Below the pieces are notes generated by a model that saw nothing but the letters and a program-made list of their open reading frames with translations, did not search any database and was not told the origin of the DNA. The position numbers and the translations under genes were made by a program. Shown one piece after another: positions 61,601 to 64,000 of a stretch of DNA of 64,000 nucleotides (its first letter is position 1; each line of letters starts with the position of its first letter). The stretch is taken from the NCBI GenBank assembly GCA_964428745.1, contig CAYRYZ010000001.1, positions 13,396-77,395 on the forward strand, in the 5' to 3' direction. Origin of the DNA: an uncultured bacterium (GTDB lineage Bacteria > Fidelibacterota > Marinisomatia > Marinisomatales > TCS55).

Positions 61601-61925
61601 TGACCATAACTGCATCCATTTTCAAAACGTCTTCTTTCAAAGAAAAGTCTTGAGTCCCAGATGCTGTCACTGTGACAGTGGCTTGTCTATAGCCAATATA
61701 TCTAGCAGTAACTTTAGCAGTACCTAAACCAGCCGGAACTGTTAATGAATAGTTTCCATCTGCGTCAGTAGATGTACCAACTTCAGTTCCTTCGACAATT
61801 ACGTTTGCACCTACTAGCTTATCACCAGTACTAGCATCGGTTACACTACCTGTTAATTTTGCCTGTGCAAGAATTAGCCCAGGTAAAAGGAGTAATACGA
61901 CGCCTAATGCAATGCTTTTACGCAT
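58692..61925 (-). CDS. SusC/RagA family TonB-linked outer-membrane receptor
   Basis: GGAGGG SD then MRKSIALGVVLLLL (start 61925 rather than track 61937). CarboxypepD_reg domain (KLTGSVTDASTGDKLVGANVIVEGT). Plug motifs (IRGKSAGV, LRGATSI, PLYIVDGI, IEIIKGAAGASEYGARAANGVI). Ends TLDVDF. Confidence 0.9.
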   Translation of the reverse strand: MRKSIALGVVLLLLPGLILAQAKLTGSVTDASTGDKLVGANVIVEGTEVGTSTDADGNYSLTVPAGLGTAKVTARYIGYRQATVTVTASGTQDFSLKEDVLKMDAVMVTGVAGALTKTKTPFAIDKIDREVLEMAPATTVESMIRGKSAGVKVVKSTGEPGYAASVQLRGATSINASGRSQAPLYIVDGIIIDPSISGSPMGDISPDDVQNIEIIKGAAGASEYGARAANGVIAITTKRGSEVGLGQTRFNYKMEQGYNQLAGSIETNGSHWYKTDPSTGYFVDATDGLPYDPRDATKNPDVVNYSDSSWAAGYYFADQPYKYSATGEAGSGSPELLPDNGGRPGYDHMAAMFSDGNYTKHNFSMSRNGEAFNVFVSLNNHKEDGVFGKYIEGFNRNTFRLNTDINLPYGIKLGFSSLLSKSFKEETNSGSFFDVTFFPWDVDILKKGPDGDYYIQPDPRNAEEANPIYQIANNERLNTRDRTLLGSNFSWAIMPQLRVVGSLSFDRSNRVWKNYYPKGWKTVTPSPNYNDGNLTKSNRSEQSINGDVGMTYATQLGGMALIAKGRYNYEAYNYNYRSGNAWNLAVADVPQLETGADKSVGSSNQKINSDGFSGGAQMDLLDRYILDVTLRQDRSSLFGPENRINNYYKFSGAYRMSEEAYWGALSGILPEFKVRFSHGTAGVRPAFSQQYEVWSVAGGNISKGALGNVDLKPQTTTETEMGVDFSVMDRLSVEITQSTTVNEDQLLPVPLAGFYGYSAQWRNAGTLEAEATEISLNASIINTRDMSLSAGFNWDKYDHNITSFKMPSYLYSAGGPKIFYMKEGSQYASFWGTKWATDTSHLPEADQASSSQFQVNDDGYLVWVGDGNTYKDGITNTLWGKTSSGMSQTYNWGRPVQYVDSDGNKIHQIGTSVSDFGYAFNANLRVQGLTVFALFDGQSGGNIYNHTRQWGAREAATGDVDQYGKEDGLKKPTIYYRDLYHVNAPNDFYVEDGSYLKLRELAVKFNVASLLDLRGFGVSGLNVGIVGRNLMTWTKYKGYDPEVGRGGGQLGSAVNARVDSYTYPNYRTFSFTLDVDF

Positions 61926-61956
61926 TTTGCCCTCCATTGTGAATAGTTAAAATGTA

Positions 61957-61984
61957 AAGGGGGGTCATAAACAAGACCCCCCTT
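61957..61984 (-). promoter_or_regulatory. Very stable G/C hairpin in the SusC 5' leader
   Basis: AAGGGGGGTC (61957-61966), loop ATAAACAA, GACCCCCCTT (61975-61984). It lies 32-59 nt upstream of the ATG at 61925. A possible sigma70-like TTGCAA (62025-62030) N16 TAAGAT (complement of 62003-62008) lies upstream. Confidence 0.5.
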
Positions 61985-62142
61985 GGTAAAGTTTCACGAT
62001 TGATCTTACTATAATAATAATGAATTGCAAAACATATTTTTACCGACTCTCCTTGGTTTTAGATATTATTGGATCAAAATTTGTAACCAATTTTGAGTAA
62101 AGATTAATCGCTTAATCTTAATATTTTATAAAAGGGTGCTAA

Positions 62143-63123
62143 ATGAGGAAAGCTTTTGTGACTGGGGGATCCGGACATATTGGGGCAAATTTAGTACGGC
62201 AACTGCTTGAATCTGGTTGGGGTGTTCGCTGTTTAATACATAAAGATTCAAGAGCACTTGAGGGTTTAGCAATAGAAAAAGTCAGTGGAGATCTTTCTAG
62301 CAAATCGTTGTTATCTAATCAAATGGAAGGGTGTAATGCTGTATTTCATTTGGCTGCTTATGTCGCTGTGGAAGATGTTGACCTAGTTCGAATGAAAAAA
62401 ATCAATGTTGAGGGGACTAAAAATATGTGTGAGGCTGCTTTAAACTCAAATATTCCACGGTTTATTCATTTCTCCAGTATTCATGCCTTTGAACAGCGCC
62501 CCGTTGAACTGTCCCTCAATGAAGAGCGCCCTTTGGCATACGGGTCCAATGCTGCACCTTATGATCAAAGTAAAGCTCTCGCTCAAAAAACAGTATACGA
62601 AGCTTGTAAGCGCGGATTAAACGCAAGCATCTTACACCCGACAGGTGTCCTCGGTCCTTATGACTATAAACCGAGCCGAATGGGACAAATACTAATGGAT
62701 ATTATGAATAGAAAAATGCTATTAACTATTAAAGCAGGGTATAACTGGGTGGATGCCCGAGATGTTGCAAAATCAGCAATAAAGTGTATAAACCTGGGTG
62801 AAGCCGGTCAAAATTATATTTTATCGGGCAAGTGGGCATCATTTCCTCAAATAGCAGAAATTATTTCAAGTAAATTGAAAATTCGAACAACTTATGCAAC
62901 ATTTCCCCTCTGGGCAGCTTATGCCGGCACACCTTTCTCATGGATTAAATCAAAAATAACTGGCAAACGATCATCGCTAAGCAGGGGAGGGCTTCATGCT
63001 TTAGCTGTGCAGTCTAAAATTGTATCAAATAAATTAGCTCAAAAAACATTGGGGCATGAGCCAAGATCCTTAGAAAAAACAATAAATGATACAATTGATT
63101 GGATGAAAAATAGTGTTAATTGA
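62143..63123 (+). CDS. NAD(P)-dependent epimerase/dehydratase-family SDR (dihydroflavonol reductase / 3-beta-HSD-like)
   Basis: Rossmann motif VTGGSGHIGANLVRQLL. Catalytic YxxxK in APYDQSKALAQ. 326 aa. Confidence 0.8.
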   Translation: MRKAFVTGGSGHIGANLVRQLLESGWGVRCLIHKDSRALEGLAIEKVSGDLSSKSLLSNQMEGCNAVFHLAAYVAVEDVDLVRMKKINVEGTKNMCEAALNSNIPRFIHFSSIHAFEQRPVELSLNEERPLAYGSNAAPYDQSKALAQKTVYEACKRGLNASILHPTGVLGPYDYKPSRMGQILMDIMNRKMLLTIKAGYNWVDARDVAKSAIKCINLGEAGQNYILSGKWASFPQIAEIISSKLKIRTTYATFPLWAAYAGTPFSWIKSKITGKRSSLSRGGLHALAVQSKIVSNKLAQKTLGHEPRSLEKTINDTIDWMKNSVN

Positions 63124-63886
63124 TCAAGCCCAATACGAATTGACAATATGGATATGGCTAGGGATTGCTGCTTGCACATTTATTCTCCTCATGTTTATCC
63201 GTGCTCCATATGGCCGCCATGAGCGCCCTGGGTGGGGATTTCGTATACCAGCACGCTTAGGTTGGATAATTATGGAATCACCCTGTATTATTGTTATGAC
63301 AATATTTTTTGGTATTGGCGTAAGTTACTGGGACACTCTAGACCCAGTCGGGATTATATTTTATATTATTTGGATTATACACTATATCCATCGCAGTTGG
63401 GTGTGGCCAGCAAGAGCACATATCACTAGTAAAAAAATGCCATTAAGCATTGCACTTTTTGCTGTTGGATTTAATTCTATCAATGCCTGGATCAATGCGG
63501 AGTGGGTATACAGTCTTCACTATCCGTATCCAATAGAATGGCTTTATAGTCCACAATTTATTATTGGCGTAGCTATTTTTATAACAGGAATGGGAATAAA
63601 TATACATTCAGATAACATATTATTTGGTCTCCGAAAAAGGGGAAATCTTGATTATAAAATACCATATGGGGGTTTATTTAAATGGATATCTTGTCCCAAT
63701 TACTTTGGGGAAATTATAGAATGGATAGGTTGGGCAATAGCAACCTGGTCTCTAGCCGGGTTATCTTTTGCAGTATGGGCCCTTGCAAATCTTGTACCAC
63801 GTTCGCAATCAAATCATCAGTGGTATATCAAATATTTTGAGGAATATCCCAAAGATAGAAAAATATTGATACCAAAAATATGGTAA
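63113..63886 (+). CDS. 3-oxo-5-alpha-steroid 4-dehydrogenase (steroid 5-alpha-reductase, SRD5A) family membrane protein
   Basis: The C-terminal NYFGEIIEWIGWAIATWS...HQWYIKYFEEYPKDRKILIPKIW closely parallels, as I recall it, the human SRD5A1 C-terminus (NYFGEIMEWCGYALASWS...HEWYLRKFEEYPKFRKIIIPFLF). GTG start overlaps the SDR gene by 11 nt. Confidence 0.85.
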   Translation: MLIDQAQYELTIWIWLGIAACTFILLMFIRAPYGRHERPGWGFRIPARLGWIIMESPCIIVMTIFFGIGVSYWDTLDPVGIIFYIIWIIHYIHRSWVWPARAHITSKKMPLSIALFAVGFNSINAWINAEWVYSLHYPYPIEWLYSPQFIIGVAIFITGMGINIHSDNILFGLRKRGNLDYKIPYGGLFKWISCPNYFGEIIEWIGWAIATWSLAGLSFAVWALANLVPRSQSNHQWYIKYFEEYPKDRKILIPKIW

Positions 63887-63968
63887 AAAGTATTTGCTAC
63901 AAATTAATTTTGAATTGTAGTATAAAACACACGCGTAAGTAACACGAAAAATAAGTTAGGAGTAAGTT

Positions 63969-64000
63969 ATGCAAAAAGGAAGTGTCAATAAAGTTGTATT
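63969..64000 (+). CDS. Partial CDS (first 10 codons only); the N-terminus resembles a single-stranded DNA-binding protein
   Basis: AGGAG SD then ATG at 63969, giving MQKGSVNKVV. The G-x-VNKV pattern is typical of SSB N-termini, but 10 residues are not enough to be sure. Confidence 0.25.
   Translation, partial: MQKGSVNKVV

Noticed and set aside
44334-61937. GC-rich TBDR and SusCD blocks as horizontally acquired genomic islands
   Set aside because: No integrase, transposase, tRNA target or flanking direct repeats are present. The boundaries coincide with single operons of abundant envelope proteins. This is reported only as a compositional observation.
63887-63968. Weak inverted repeat CTACAA...TTGTAG after the SRD5A-like gene as a terminator
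   Set aside because: The stem is only 6 bp and AT-rich, with a long loop and no T-run.

Overview
Dense (about 90% coding) 64-kb chromosomal segment from a low-GC, apparently streamlined diderm bacterium. A SusC/SusD pair, a protein with a type IX secretion (T9SS) C-terminal sorting domain, a PorV-like barrel, CarboxypepD_reg-type TonB receptors and an archaeal-type ProRS together suggest an uncultured, probably marine, FCB-superphylum lineage (Marinimicrobia/Ignavibacteria/Bacteroidota-like). That placement is inference only. All calls rest on motif recognition in the supplied translations and on reading the nucleotide sequence; no homology search was run. Housekeeping genes recognised: ligA, dnaE, prmC, prfA, rpmE, rho, folC, eno, ftsB-like, recO, proS, mgtE, plus an ABC-2 exporter, aminotransferase, cell-wall amidase, M23 and M14 peptidases, penicillin-acylase-family hydrolase, AlkA-like glycosylase and others. 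I found no rRNA, tRNA, CRISPR array, transposase, integrase or prophage signal. Features worth a second look: (1) a SusD-less TonB-receptor operon encoding a 1173-aa T9SS-tailed acidic protein and its own PorV-like barrel, followed by an octaheme c-type cytochrome-TPR lipoprotein; (2) two tandem, paralogous, GC-elevated small two-helix membrane proteins, each with a strong SD and its own terminator, the first preceded by a terminator-like leader or sRNA; (3) an orphan Cas6/RAMP-like protein with a polybasic tail embedded among housekeeping genes with no CRISPR or cas context; (4) a type II dehydroquinase homolog that has lost its catalytic residues; (5) an SDR plus eukaryote-like steroid 5-alpha-reductase gene pair; (6) recurrent very stable G-rich hairpins in the 5' leaders of envelope-protein genes, a perfect CRP-type palindrome and long homopolymer tracts upstream of the TonB receptor. 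Many genes are translationally coupled (ATGA/TTGA overlaps), TTG/GTG starts are common, and three convergent gene pairs have overlapping or adjacent stop codons.
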